DNA of 60,866 bases, the filler included, from Rhabdomonas costata (lineage: Eukaryota): the NCBI GenBank assembly GCA_019059605.1. It is 13 parts of 13 records of this genome, joined end to end, with 100 filler letters (N's around TTAATTAATTAA, not from the genome) between each part and the next. Parts side by side here need not be neighbours in the genome. Positions count along the whole stretch, not along the records: positions 9,405 to 14,011 come from JAHMHO010000196.1; positions 14,112 to 18,740 come from JAHMHO010000197.1; positions 18,841 to 23,424 come from JAHMHO010000198.1; positions 23,525 to 28,111 come from JAHMHO010000199.1; 9 more parts are not named here. One strand, written 5' to 3'. The notes below the pieces were generated by a model. It did no database searches. It had not been told where the DNA came from and saw only the letters and a program-made list of their open reading frames with translations. This document shows positions 11,989 to 24,522 of this stretch, in pieces. A program made the translations under genes and the position numbers. Each line of letters opens with the position of its first letter. Position 1 is the stretch's first letter.

Positions 11989-13692
11989 TCACAGTGGCGA
12001 CCCCGGCACGGCGGGCGCGCTGCCCGCCACCCCATTGCCGGCACCCACACGAAAGCGGTGGTACTTCAGCAGATAGCGCATCACAAGGTTCATCAGGGCC
12101 TCCACCCACGCCGCCAGCTGGCTGGCGGGGGCCCACACTTGGTCCCCATCCAGACGGTTCACAAGGGTCACACAGACACAAGCCACGGGCAGTCCCACCT
12201 GCGAACGCGGAACAGGCCAACTTCACCCTTAGCCGTTCACCGCCCAAGCAAGAATCAACCCCAGGGAGAGGATAACAATGCATCCCGAGAATGACCCAAC
12301 GGGCTGAGGAAAGGCCCATCAGAAGTGAGCAGTGAGGTGTCGTTTTCCAACTTTCTTCTTCCAATTCCAATTCAACACAGGATAACCAGAATCAAAGTGC
12401 TTGTGTGACTGTGAATCCCCCCAATGGCAAATGTACAGTGCACGTTTACTGAGCTTACGCTTGATTCCCCCCCTCCTTGCTTTTGTGTTTTCAAACAAAA
12501 TTTTCCTGCTTCTGACTTTTTTATAACAATTCTTCAAATCTTTGATTTTTGAAACGTATGCTGCTACGTTTTTAACATGAGAAAAAAGAATAAACCTGGT
12601 TTGAGAGCATTGGGAGACCTCACCCCCCACCCCGCCCCGATACTCACACCTCTCCTTAATCAAGGCACAAAAAATACCTGCTTACCAAAGGCACCCAGAA
12701 GGTTCGCCTCCATCTCCACGTTGCGTACCCCCACCTCGTGGCACCGCCGCAGAAAGGCCAGCTTCTCGGCCACCGTGTACCCACAGATTGCCCCGTCCAC
12801 CCTGCCCTGCCCCTGGCACACACCCAAAAGAACAGAGCTATTGCTCAAAAAAACCCTCGCTCATCCTTTTGCCCATTACCACGGCTATTATCCTGATTTT
12901 CGATCAGCAGGGATCCCGCATATCAGTCACCCATCTGTAATATACAAATGCTGGTCGCTAATATGATGGTTCCACCCTACACAACCAACGCTCTACCCTA
13001 CAACACACTACCCTACAACATCATACCACGTGCGAACGTAAACCAACAAAAAAAGGGGGACAGCACAACAAAAAAAACCGCACATAATAGCATAATGTAA
13101 AAGTAAATAGCGTCAAACACAATCGGTTTCCAAACCGGTCCACACGGCGCATATCATCCTCTCTAATTAAATCTGCATCGACGAAAACTTTGTGGGTGAC
13201 TCAACGATGGGATAACATTGAAAGAGACGGAACATGCAACTGCATCTTATGAAGATCAACAGAAGTTGGAGTGACTGTCCTGCAGAACGGAAAGGGAGAA
13301 GCCGTTTTCCACTGCTTCCCTCTCGCTCGCTCGCTCTTCCATTTGTCCTTTGTAAATTACTTATGTGACTGTCTCGGCACCTCGGTACCGTGTGCGTCCT
13401 TCCTCACCCCGTCATCCCTGCCCGTTCCATTCCACTTTGTCTGTGATTTTTGATTGTGTGCAACCATAATTGTTGTGACGCAGTGCCGTGATTTCGTTTT
13501 TGCCAAAAAAAAAGGGGGGGGGGGAGAAGCACCCAAACGAAAAGAGTGATGCACAAGCACCCCACAAACACTAACCTCGTAAAAGCAGTCACAAGACATC
13601 GTTTTCCCCACCACTGCGGGGAGGTCCATGCGGCAGCTGAACAGATGCTCCACCAACTCGGGGCAAAAGCCATCCGAAGACCGAGAAACCAC
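11989..13692 (-). CDS. UPP1: Uridine phosphorylase (eukaryotic UPP1-like), 3' part
   Basis: Exons 13692-13576 (VVGKTMSCDCFYE), 12812-12678 (GQGRVDGAICGYT...GVRNVEMEA) and 12198-11989 (ACVCVTLVNRLDGDQ, stop). Phase-0 GT-AG junctions rebuild the UPP motifs FYEGQGRxDG, RNxEME and CVTLxNRLxGDQ. Confidence 0.9.
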
Positions 13693-13789
13693 CTGTTCCA
13701 CCCACCCACACTAACGCACCACCGGCCCAGGAGGATGTGATCACGGGACCACACCAAGACTCGAGATGAATGAACGTCACCAATGTGAG

Positions 13790-14011
13790 AGGGCTAAGCC
13801 GAAGCAGGCCTGGGGTTGTTTGTATTTACAACAGGCCTTCCGAAACGCTGCGTGGCCGGTCCTCGGGGTCAGAAATCTCTGACCTTTCACCCTCGGCCGG
13901 TTGTGGTGCAGTTGGGCGGCTCTCTGGTGTCCCTTTTGTGCCGCTTCTTGCCCCACGCAGCGGACTCGAGATGACTGCTTCCTCTCGGCCTGTTGTAAAT
14001 ACAAACCCCCC
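13790..14011 (+). mobile_element. Candidate MITE/fold-back element starting with the dispersed 36-bp motif
   Basis: AGGGCTAAGCCGAAGCAGGCCTGGGGTTGTTTGTAT at 13790-13825. A 20-bp perfect inverted repeat pairs 13818-13837 with 13987-14006. Internal hairpin GGTCAGA-aatc-TCTGACC at 13867-13884. Cut by the contig end. Confidence 0.45.
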
Positions 14012-14985
14012 NNNNNNNNNNNNNNNNNNNNNNNNNNNNNNNNNNNNNNNNNNNNTTAATTAATTAANNNNNNNNNNNNNNNNNNNNNNNNNNNNNNNNN
14101 NNNNNNNNNNNGAGACACATAGACACGGATCATACCAACCCCTGCAAGACGTAGTATTAGGGGTACACGTACACTTAGGGACACACGTGCATCTCCCTCT
14201 GACTCCCTGTAACCCAAAATACGGTCCTTTCCCTGTCGAAGGCCGTCAAACGATCCTTCGTTATACCCAAATATTTCATTGTAGATTAACGAAAATTAGG
14301 AAATTTGCGATCGCTCCCCCCCCCTCCCGAAAAAATCAATTGCAATCTGACCCTGGTGACGATCTCAAGGGTATTGTGGCTTTTATTCGTGCTGTGTGAG
14401 ATGGAGCAACGGTGCACGGTGCATCAGGTTGTTGAGCTTTTCGAAAACAAGTATCGGCTATGCTTGTGGTTGGGTGATGGGTGGGTGTCTGCATGAACCC
14501 TCACGTTTCAGCCGTGGTCATGCCAGAGCGAATGGGCGTTCGTGCTTAACGGGCGCCTTGAAAGTATGTGGATGGCCTTGCCAACAACCCTCCAGGGCAG
14601 GAGAGCGTACTTTGGAGCGCAGCAAATTTCTGAAGAGACCAGTTCTAGACGAGTAATATACAGATCCATTTGCACCTAAATGGGGATGCGGCTACCGTCG
14701 AGGCCTTAAAGGACCTCCACAAGGTGACTAAGAAGCATGACATGCGGGACCATCGCCCTTGTGTCATCGTGGTGGCGTGATGGGTTACCTCAGAAAATGG
14801 CATCCCAGACCGAAGTTCTGCACACATGAACAACATGAACAAGGTTTCATTCAGTATGCTAAGTATGTTCAGTATGTTAAGGTCCTGTCACGTGCGCCGT
14901 GCTTGATAGGAGCTCTCTAAGTGCTTTTTTGGCTTTCTATTTTTTATTCCAACCAGATGGCTTCATTTCCCTTTTTTCTCGCATA

Positions 14986-17900
14986 ATGATGCTCGATGGT
15001 GAACAAAAGGCGAGGAAGGACTTTCTTCCTCTTTTCTTATTTCTGCTTCTCGTGGGTCTTGTGCCCCGTACTTGCACCTCTTCCCCTGCGTCGTTTTCTT
15101 TTGGGTTTCTGGGCGACGACAGCCTTCCAGAGACCGCTCTTGTCCAGGCTGGCATCCAGCTTGCCTTCCAGGAGGCCAGCCCTGCTCTGGCGCAGTGCAA
15201 CCTTAGCCTGAGTCTTGCCCTGGACGCCTCGGCGACGCTTGGGCAGCGCGCCCAAGCATTGCTGCAGCAGGGCGTCGTTGGGTTTGTTGGTCCCACGGGA
15301 AGCACTGCAGTGAATCTCAGCATGGACCTTGCGCTGTCCATAGGCGTCCCTGTGATTGCCCCGATGAACGGCTCTCGCGCCCTTCGCAGCGGGCTTGCCG
15401 GGAACTCAGCGAACGTGGTCCACCTCCGGGCATCTACGCTTGATCAAGGTGTTGCTGTGGTGCAGGGCCTTCGCGTCAACCTCTCCCTCGAGCTGATCTC
15501 GCTCCTGTACGACCCAGCAGTGGCCGAGCAGGCCACACTTGATGCTATTGCGTTGGCGTGCAACCAAACCGGGCTGAGTGTGCTGGCCTCGCAGCCGCTG
15601 TCGTTGCCGTTCTCCCAAAGCGTTGCTGGACTTCTGGGTGCTTCTTCGCCTCTCGTTCCTCAGGCAGTAATAATTGTATCCTCGGTCGCCTCGGGCTCTG
15701 CGGTAATTGCGGAGTTTCGTCGGCAGCATTGTCCGCCATCGTTGGTGTTTGCAATGGTGTGTGTGGGCGGGACACTCCAGGACCTCGGCACCAACACCTC
15801 GGGTGTATTGGTTTCTCAGGTGTGCAGCGATGTTTCTTTTCCTTCTTATTTTGTCGTTCCTACCAAGTATATGTATACTTGTGAAGCTTCCTTTGTTTCC
15901 GTTGCCTTCAATATTGTTTTGATAGGAGGTGGGTGCGGGCGTATTGCGGTGTTTTTTTTTTGGAACTGCTGATCATGTTTCAATCGCACTTATGACAGAC
16001 AAACTGCCGGGGACTCTATCGCTGTGAAGCAAATCGCGCATGCAGTCGCCTTCGCGGTTGGATTCTCTCTGTAGCTTTCTCTCGGATTTTCGCTCAGGTG
16101 GTTCCGTCGCAAAACTCTGCATCCTCAGCCCATGTGAGGCAACTACTCAACACATCTATGCCTGTGGCAGCAGAACTGTTGGAAGGTTACCTCGCTGGTC
16201 GCCTGGTGGTCCAGGCGGTTTCCTCGCTGCCCTGTGGAAGTGTTCCGTCTAACGCCACTTTGGTCAGTGCGTTGACAAGTCATCCTCCCCTGAAGCTCCT
16301 GGATGATTTGGTTTTGCCTGAGAGTTCTGTCACGGGATGCTGCCGAGGGGAAGGTCTGAAGAAGGTTTGGCTACGTTTCCCCAATGGGAGTGCAGTGGTT
16401 TCGGAAGTGATGATCTCCACCTTGCCCCACGGCTCCGACTGCTCCGTCAGCGATTATACTGGGTTGGGTTTGAAGGCCCTTGTGTTCGCGCAAGCTGTTC
16501 CATTGACAGGATATCTTCAGTCCATCGGGGTCTCCCTTCAGATTGGAGTGCAAGTGGCTTTTCGAGAGCAGAACTGGGAAGGTGGAGATCATCACTTCCG
16601 AAACCACCNNNNNNNNNNNNNNNNNNNNNNNNNNNNNNNNNNNNNNNNNNNNNNNNNNNNNNNNNNNNNNNNNNNNNNNNNNNNNNNNNNNNNNNNNNNN
16701 NNNNNNNNNNNNNNNNNNNNNNNNNNNNNNNNNNNNNNNNNNNNNNNNNNNNNNNNNNNNNNNNNNNNNNNNNNNNNNNNNNNNNNNNNNNNNNNNNNNN
16801 NNNNNNNNNNNNNNNNNNNNNNNNNNNNNNNNNNNNNNNNNNNNNNNNNNNNNNNNNNNNNNNNNNNNNNNNNNNNNNNNNNNNNNNNNNNNNNNNNNNN
16901 NNNNNNNNNNNNNNNNNNNNNNNNNNNNNNNNNNNNNNNNNNNNNNNNNNNNNNNNNNNNNNNNNNNNNNNNNNNNNNNNNNNNNNNNNNNNNNNNNNNN
17001 NNNNNNNNNNNNNNNNNNNNNNNNNNNNNNNNNNNNNNNNNNNNNNNNNNNNNNNNNNNNNNNNNNNNNNNNNNNNNNNNNNNNNNNNNNNNNNNNNNNN
17101 NNNNNNNNNNNNNNNNNNNNNNNNNNNNNNNNNNNNNNNNNNNNNNNNNNNNNNNNNNNNNNNNNNNNNNNNNNNNNNNNNNNNNNNNNNNNNNNNNNNN
17201 NNNNNNNNNNNNNNNNNNNNNNNNNNNNNNNNNNNNNNNNNNNNNNNNNNNNNNNNNNNNNNNNNNNNNNNNNNNNNNNNNNNNNNNNNNNNNNNNNNNN
17301 NNNNNNNNNNNNNNNNNNNNNNNNNNNNNNNNNNNNNNNNNNNNNNNNNNNNNNNNNNNNNNNNNNNNNNNNNNNNNNNNNNNNNNNNNNNNNNNNNNNN
17401 TTTGGCTCTGGAGATGTTTCTTCTGTGACCTCCTTAGAGGCATATGCATCCGCTCGACTTGCGATTGCTGGACTGCAGGCCCTTCCCGGTATTGTCGATG
17501 ACTTCTCCTCAGTCACGCCTGCAGATGTTTTGGGGATTTTCTACAAGTTGCAAGTGTTCGTCATCGGTGGTCTCACCTTTGGGCCATTTGCTGACAACTG
17601 CAACCAAGGGATGCGACAACTGTGGCTGGTGCAGGTTGGCACAGCAGCGGCATGTCGAGGCATGGAATGCAGCGGTGTTTTTAGCTTCGGAACGTGCCCC
17701 TGCCACAGTGATAGCTCCACATTCCATACGAAGTTTCTCATTTTCGGGCAGTCCATTGACCTCAGTTCAGCCTACAAGGCGGTGTCTGTTTTGTTCACCA
17801 CTGGAGTTTTATCTGCTTTCTCCGATGTCAACAGGCAAGGTGGTATCGGAGGGTATCGGCTAAAACTTGTCACCCTGGATGATGGATACGACCCCGCACG

Positions 17901-18740
17901 GGCTGTAAACAACACGGTTGCGTTCATCAGGCAGGGCAGCTTTGCTCTGATTGGGTACCTGGGCACCGAAGTCTCCATTGCATGTTCAGCGGTTGCATCT
18001 GCGGCGAAAATACCGATGATTGGTCCGGTTTCGGGAAGCCCTGCTTTGCGCGTCCCGAATAAGTACGTCTACATGGTTCGTGCTGGTTATGTTGACGAAG
18101 TCTTTGCCCTGATCAATTATGCCACTAGTACCCTTGGCCTGACCAAGATTTCCGTCTTCTATCAAGCAGATGCTTTTGGACAGCAGGGGCTCGCTACCGC
18201 TGTGACTGCGCTTTCGGCAATGAACCTTCCGTTGCTGAGCAATGGTAGCTATCCTGTCGGTACAGCAGCGATTGACGACGCCGTGCGCTCTATCGTAAAT
18301 GGAGCGTTGCCATTTGTTCCCGAGGCAGTGCTGATCTTTGGAGCGGTATCCCCAGTTGTGGCCTTCATCAATGCTGTTCTGTCCGTGCTGTCTGCGGACA
18401 CTGTGTTTCTGTGCACCTCGCCAGTAGGTGACATGTTGACCAAGTTTTTCCCTCAGCCCCAGACGAACATATATGTTGCCTACGTGGTTCCTCCTTTCAT
18501 GGACACCAGCCTTCCCTTTGTGCGCGAGTATCGCAGGTCCATGCAAAATTCAAATGCGTCGTTTTCCGTTTCTTCCCTAGAAGGATACGTCGAGGGTAGG
18601 TTTGCTGCGGCAATACTCCAAGGCCAGCGCCTCGGAAACCTTTCAGACTCTGGTGCATTTGTGGAAAGCCTTTTGACCCAGAGTCTGAAAGGTTTCCGAG
18701 GCGCTGGCCTTGGAGTATTGCCGCAGCAAACCAACCCCCC
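14986..18740 (+). CDS. Surface receptor ectodomain with signal peptide and at least 3 type-1 periplasmic-binding (Venus flytrap) domains, receptor adenylate cyclase-like; 3'-truncated, internal gap
   Basis: Hydrophobic N-terminus FLPLFLFLLLVGLVP. Motifs FVGPTGS, VVHLRAS, SQ|VVP (intron 15820-16097), LEGYLAGRL, FAQAVPLTG, GPFADNCNQG, FGQSIDLS, LDDGYDP, VRAGYVDE, FYQADAFG and LEGYVEGRF. Confidence 0.85.
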
Positions 18741-19230
18741 NNNNNNNNNNNNNNNNNNNNNNNNNNNNNNNNNNNNNNNNNNNNTTAATTAATTAANNNN
18801 NNNNNNNNNNNNNNNNNNNNNNNNNNNNNNNNNNNNNNNNGGGGGGGTGTGACGGTGCTTGTACGAGAGAAATAACCCTTTCTCAGTCTGCATTGTATAT
18901 CTCGCGACTGCACAAGACTCCCCTCATCTTCATTCAACTTATGTCCCCAACCAGACACCTGCTGGCCTCCTTGTTCCACAGGGGAAGACCTGGTGGGGGT
19001 GGGGCCATAGTAGTCTTCAGCCCAACGCCTAATCGAGACGTGATATGGATTCGAGCCGACCTCGGTGCTGCCAGTATCCGTACCAGTGTATACCCTTCAC
19101 ATCCAGCTCAGTGTGACGGTTACCAGTGGTAACCTTTACTCCTCCCCCTCCCAATCCCAATTCCATCTTCCAAAAGATGTAATTTCTTCGTGAGGTTGTG
19201 GGGGAGGAAAGTATAATCGTGGGAATTTAG

Positions 19231-21542
19231 GTGAAGCTGTGGGACGTCTGCAACACCCGGGAAGTGATCCAGACCTACCTGGGTCACGCCAAGGCTGTGA
19301 AGGATATCTTTTGGAAGCCGCGGTGCACGTTTCGTCAGCGCTGGGTTCGACCGCTTCCTGAGGGTGTGGGACACGGAGACGGGCAAGGTTCTGTACACCT
19401 TCACCACCGGGTGCGCAGCGTCTGTGCTTGGATTTGGTGGGCGTGGGTTTCTTTGCAGACGTTGAGCGTTGGACGCAATGTTTATGTTGGCGGTGGACAA
19501 GAGGCGGATGCCCATAACTTTGTATGAAACCGATCGTAACTCTGAAATTCTGACCTGAATTGCCCACTTACTTCCCGGCGAGGACGGGTCGTCTTTGTGG
19601 CCTCTTTTCATATCCGTTTTGGAGCCTGCCCAAAGCCTGTGTCGCTGCACGCCCTTGTGACTTCTTGTTCCCAGACGCATCTGTTTTTTCTTTTTATAGA
19701 AAACAGCCCAACGTGGTGACTTTCCACGCTGACGAATCCAGGCATGACATCTTCCTCGCGGGGATGTCTGACAAGAAGATCGTGCAGTGGGACCTGCGCT
19801 CCGCGCAGATCACCCAGGTGTGACAGGAATTCACATACATTCAAGTTTTTGTTCACCGAGGTGAAAAGGGAAGCCCGGGTCGAAGATTTCGATTCCAGCA
19901 CTGCTCCAGCATCGGCAATGTGGTCAACAACTGTGACGGATCTTCATGTCCCCAACATCAGATATAAACAGTGCCATGGACCTTCCTCTGTTGTTACAGG
20001 AATACGAGCAGCACATGGGCCCCGTGAACACGATCCACTTCATCGACAACAATCGCAAATTTGCCACCACCAGCGACGACAAGACCGTGCGGGTCTGGGA
20101 GTGGGATATCCCCGTGGTGATCAAGTACTTCGCTGAGCCTACGATGCACTCCATGCCCACCTGCACGCAGCATCCTTCAGGGCAGTACTCACTCATCCCT
20201 TTCTCATCTCCTTACTGACCACACTACCGATTGTTGCGTACTCCGATTGTTTCTTTTTCTGGTCGGCTGTATTCCCGCAACAGAGGTTAATTGCACACCG
20301 GACTGGTGTACAGCCGCTGAGATTATTGTGTTCGCATCGCCTTGGCATTGGCACGTTCTCTTTCGTGCTGGCATCAATAGTTTTCGTTCCTGACAAAATA
20401 CACTGCTATGTGATTGAGTGCTGTGGTGAGTACTGCCTCCCCACCACGTCCAACTGGATAGACTGTCGCCGCTTACACAAACCCTGCTTTGACAGGGTAC
20501 GTGATGAATTCCTTCCAATTGCTTTTTCACTTCTTTCCAACTGAGGCATAGCAACACACACCAACACAGTCGGCTCCGTCCCCAAAAAAAACATTCTCTT
20601 CTTATCAAGCGGGTTTGCTATTGGTTGACTTCATTCCCATGCTCAGCAAGTACCTGGCGTACCAGTCCATGGATAACAGCATCCGGATCTTCCAGCTGGG
20701 TGAGCGCTTCCGGCCCTTCCACAAGAAGGTTTTCAAGGGGCATACCGTCGCTGGTTACGCTTGCCAGGTACGTTACACATTGGCATCCACGCGCAGAAAT
20801 GCACCATTTGAACGTACATGCGCGGTAAACGAATAGTACTCCTTCTTCTGCCCTCTTCAAAAAAGCAGTGATACCACAAAGTTTTTCGGGCACGGGATTC
20901 TAAGACTGGCTGACGAGTAGGGTTGCAAAAGCACCAGTACGGGAGAAGAGGACAGCCCCAGAAGCGACGAGCAGAGCGGTTGATGGCTCAACGTGGATCG
21001 AACACAAACATTCCCTGTCATCTGACAACTGAGCACCCTCCCCATTTCTGGTGCTCGGGCAGTGTTTTTGGCTGCACTTGTGTTTGGGTTCAATTTCATC
21101 AGCAAGATACTGGTTTCAAAACTTTCCGTGCATCTGTTTTTGCAGCACAGCGCAGAGTTACTCAATAAGCAGACAACAAAAGATTACGTGTGGGGAAATG
21201 GACCCTTTGCATTGTAGTAAGGAGCGAAGAATTGCGCGCAAAGGGGAATGGGGCAGTCGGATTATCAAGTGCCAAACAAATGGGAGCTCAACCTGCAGGA
21301 ACACCGGTGAGAGGAGAGCAATGACCTTGTGATTTTATTAGGTGGCCTGGTCCAACGATGGTAAGTACTTGTGCAGCGGCGACGGTGACGGCAACGTGTG
21401 GTTCTGGGACTGGAAGTCCACAAAGATTGTGAAGCGGATGAAGGTCCATGACAAGGTCTGCATCGGGCTTCTCTGGCATCCCACCGAGCAGAGCCGCATC
21501 GCCACCTGCAGCTGGGACTCTACAGTGAAGTTCTGGGACTGA
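19231..21542 (+). CDS. CDC40: Pre-mRNA splicing factor PRP17/CDC40 (WD40), C-terminal half
   Basis: Exons 19231-19410 (frameshift near 19321), 19700-19817 (FLAGMSDKKIVQWD), 20000-~20181 (TSDDKTVRVWEWDIPV...EPTMHSMP), 20647-20767 (QSMDN...FKGHTVAGYACQ) and 21342-21542 (HDKVCIG...WHPTEQS...WD, stop). These are the PRP17 signature motifs. Confidence 0.95.
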
Positions 21543-23022
21543 GAGCGCAGAGGTCAGAAGAGCGAAGGCCTTTGGCATGCCGCCGATGCAACGCGATGCT
21601 GGATCACCTGCGAGTATTGCTCTTCCGTCGAAGAGCGGATTGGCCATGTGTCTGCTTTTTTTGTTGAGCTGCTGGACGGCCAACTCTGTGCTGCTTTGTT
21701 TTCTGTGAGCAGACTTGATTTTTTTATAATATCAGAAGCAAAGGAACCGCCTTTCTTCACTTCCCCATCATTCATATTTTTGCCCTAGAACTGGGCCTGG
21801 GCGCCATTTTCGCCTTGTACCCCGCAGATGGCTTCGTCAATTCGGCCAAAAGCTCGTAACCTTTGTTAATAACAGCACCCTAGAGCAGTCCAAAGGCCGT
21901 CCAGTCGCCGTTCTGAGGTTGGCAGGACTGATTCCCGCCTGGTACAAGCAGACAGCAGTTCCGTGAAGCCGCGATCCTGAATTTTGTTAAGTTGTGCCAT
22001 ACAGCTTGCACGGACCGTAACATACATACACTCCCAATCCTGGTCGCTTTTCAAGTACTTCGAAGTTTGGTCGGTGACTGGGCACAACCAGCTTCCGACT
22101 GCCCTTCCTCCACAGAATCAGTTTTTCGACCTTCGCTGTGACTCACGCATTCTCACTCTCTTTGGTGGTGGAAAATTTTCGCGCCGGAGAGATGGGTTGC
22201 ACGTGCTCCGGTTGCGCGAGTGATCCGGTCACCCATGTGGCAGCAGCAGACCCCCGCCCGGAAACGACGGTACATGCGTTTTTTTCGTGCTTTTATGCGA
22301 CAGTCCCAGCCACTTAAACGCCACGGTAAGCTCTATTTTACAGTTTAGCCTGTGGTTGCCATTTGCTTGCAAAGAGAATCCACTGTATCCAAAAGAGTAC
22401 TCCATTTTTGGAATCCCCCCGCCCCTGCTAAACTTGTTTTTCCTTTGCAAGCAGAAGTCGGTTCCCGTTACCTGAGTTCCATTTGACCGAGTTTATTGGC
22501 AGTTGCCGGTTGGTTGGTCCTCTGTGGTCTTCTTCCGTTTGTTTGCGACCGTTCCTGCTTCTGCACGAACGCAGGCGGGCGATCCAAAGCCGGCACGGAA
22601 TGACTCAGTGGCGCGGAAGCTCTCTCGTGGCCAGGCAATTATTTACTTGCCATTTACCTGCCTGCCTTTTAGTTTCAACCAATGCACTGCGCTGCGCTTG
22701 TCCAAATGTGCGTGAACAAGTGTGGGGGTGATGGGAAATTGCATTTACGTTTCTGCCGGTGCGCAAAGTGCTTATTGCTGAACCCCAAGCACATCACCTA
22801 ACATTGTGTGGTGTCCCAGTGCGTGTACGCTTCTTTTTAGTCCTAGTGCGTGTGTCCGTTCCTGCGAGTCCGGGTTTTTGTGATCTGGAGCCCCCCCCCC
22901 CGAGATTGCGGATTATGTGTGTGGGCATGAGTCGAAAGTGAGCCGAAAGTGCATTTTTGGTTGTGCCTTCACGGGCGAAATTTCTCTTTTATTGGTGAGC
23001 TATGTTGTGGTGTCACTTACAG

Positions 23023-23235
23023 GGCCGATCTCGCACGAAGGCCCCAGACGACGCAAAGGAGCTCAAGTATGTCGACGTTGTCACCGCCACCATGTTCTCC
23101 AAAGCTCTGGCCTACGCAAAGAACTCCACTCTTCTCTCTTTGGACGAGGAGTTCGAGGCGATGTTTCGGGAGTGGGCCAGCGGGGACCTCCGCCAGCACT
23201 GGGACTACGTCGTCAACCCCGTGCCTGAGTCTGAG
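23023..23235 (+). CDS. Exon of a hypothetical protein
   Basis: AG/GT-bounded open segment with GC3-biased codons (ELKYVDVVTATMFSKAL...LRQHWDYVVNP). No family recognised. Confidence 0.55.
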
Positions 23236-24522
23236 GTTTGCACCCTCCTCAGCGCTGTGCCCAAAACGTTTGGGCTTTGGCGGGGTTCAAAGGTCGGTAG
23301 CGTGTGGAAGAGTGGAGGTTGTGCATTGAGTTGTGGACATCTCATTGTTCCTACGGGTGGTTTTCGGGAAGGCTCTGCGGAGCCCAAGACATCCTGAAGT
23401 CAGTGTTCGGTGGCCCAAACAAAANNNNNNNNNNNNNNNNNNNNNNNNNNNNNNNNNNNNNNNNNNNNTTAATTAATTAANNNNNNNNNNNNNNNNNNNN
23501 NNNNNNNNNNNNNNNNNNNNNNNNTGTTGTGTGCCTTGCACTGTGCGTGTTAGTGTGTGTAGCTATATTCGTTTCCCTCGTAAGCTCTGGTGATGGTAAG
23601 CTCTGGCGTGTGGCGGCTCTTTGCATGTGTACATTTGAGTCGTGTGCGACGCTATACCGTCGCGTTGTGTATGACTTGTATGATGCTGCTCCGCCAATTT
23701 TTTTGAACTGAGTTCGTTTTGCTTGGTTGTGTTGACTGTCCGATTGTGTTTCTAAGGTCCTGCCGATTTCGCCAGTTCAGATGTGGAGAGTGCCGAAAAG
23801 TTGGTTGGTGATTACAACCTAAATGTACATAAACGTACAGAAACGTGCGGCGTGGACTCGCATTGGCAAAATCAATACGCACTTGTTGCAAAACAGATTT
23901 CCAGATTATGAAGAAGGAATATGCAGTTGGAATGGGGTCAACGTATGTCTGAGCGAGAGAATAGAAGGGGATCATTAGAATAGTTTTTAAATCACGTCCC
24001 CACACCCCATTCTTGTTTATGAAAGGAGTTGAAAGGAGTTGAAAAGAGTTGGCGGGCAGTGCAATCACTGTCCAAGATGTTGCCACTGTGGCGTAAAATC
24101 CAGTGTGGTTTCTTATGCTGCACAGGAGGAAAGCCAAAAGAGAGCACGGGAGGGTTTTTCACCAGCATCCTACTTTAGCTGTGGTAGCCAGAGAAGTCTT
24201 TCCTTCGCTGCCAGCCAATGGTAAACCAGAGCGGGACCCCCGAACACACACACACACACTCTCTCTCTCTCTTTCTCTCTCGCTTGGAACCGCGACAGGG
24301 GCGCCACTAGCTGTTAACTCCTTGCAAATTCAAATCGGCTATCCAACGGGTCACGCTACAATCATATTTGCGCACATACCGGGCACTCTCAAACGACGCG
24401 CACCCACACGAGGGAGCACCTATTGCTGTTGCAGCTTTGTCAGGTTTCTTTTACTTCGCTGTGTTTCCTTTCCCGGAAGCTGCCTTTGCCCAGAAAGCTC
24501 TGCGTAGCCAACCATTATCACA

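Noticed and set aside
12199..12684. Apparent phase mismatch suggesting a non-canonical UPP intron
   Set aside because: Resolved by the canonical CAG|GTATTT donor at 12677, giving AFGKQ|VGLP.
16395..16607. Perfect 29-bp inverted repeat (16395-16423 / 16579-16607) inside the receptor exon
   Set aside because: It sits at the gap edge and replaces expected coding sequence after EGG, via AAGGTGGA microhomology. Typical fold-back or template-switch read tip.
16098..18792. Very long ORFs in several frames across the N gap
   Set aside because: Artefact of translating through Ns; only the PBP1 frames on each side are supported.
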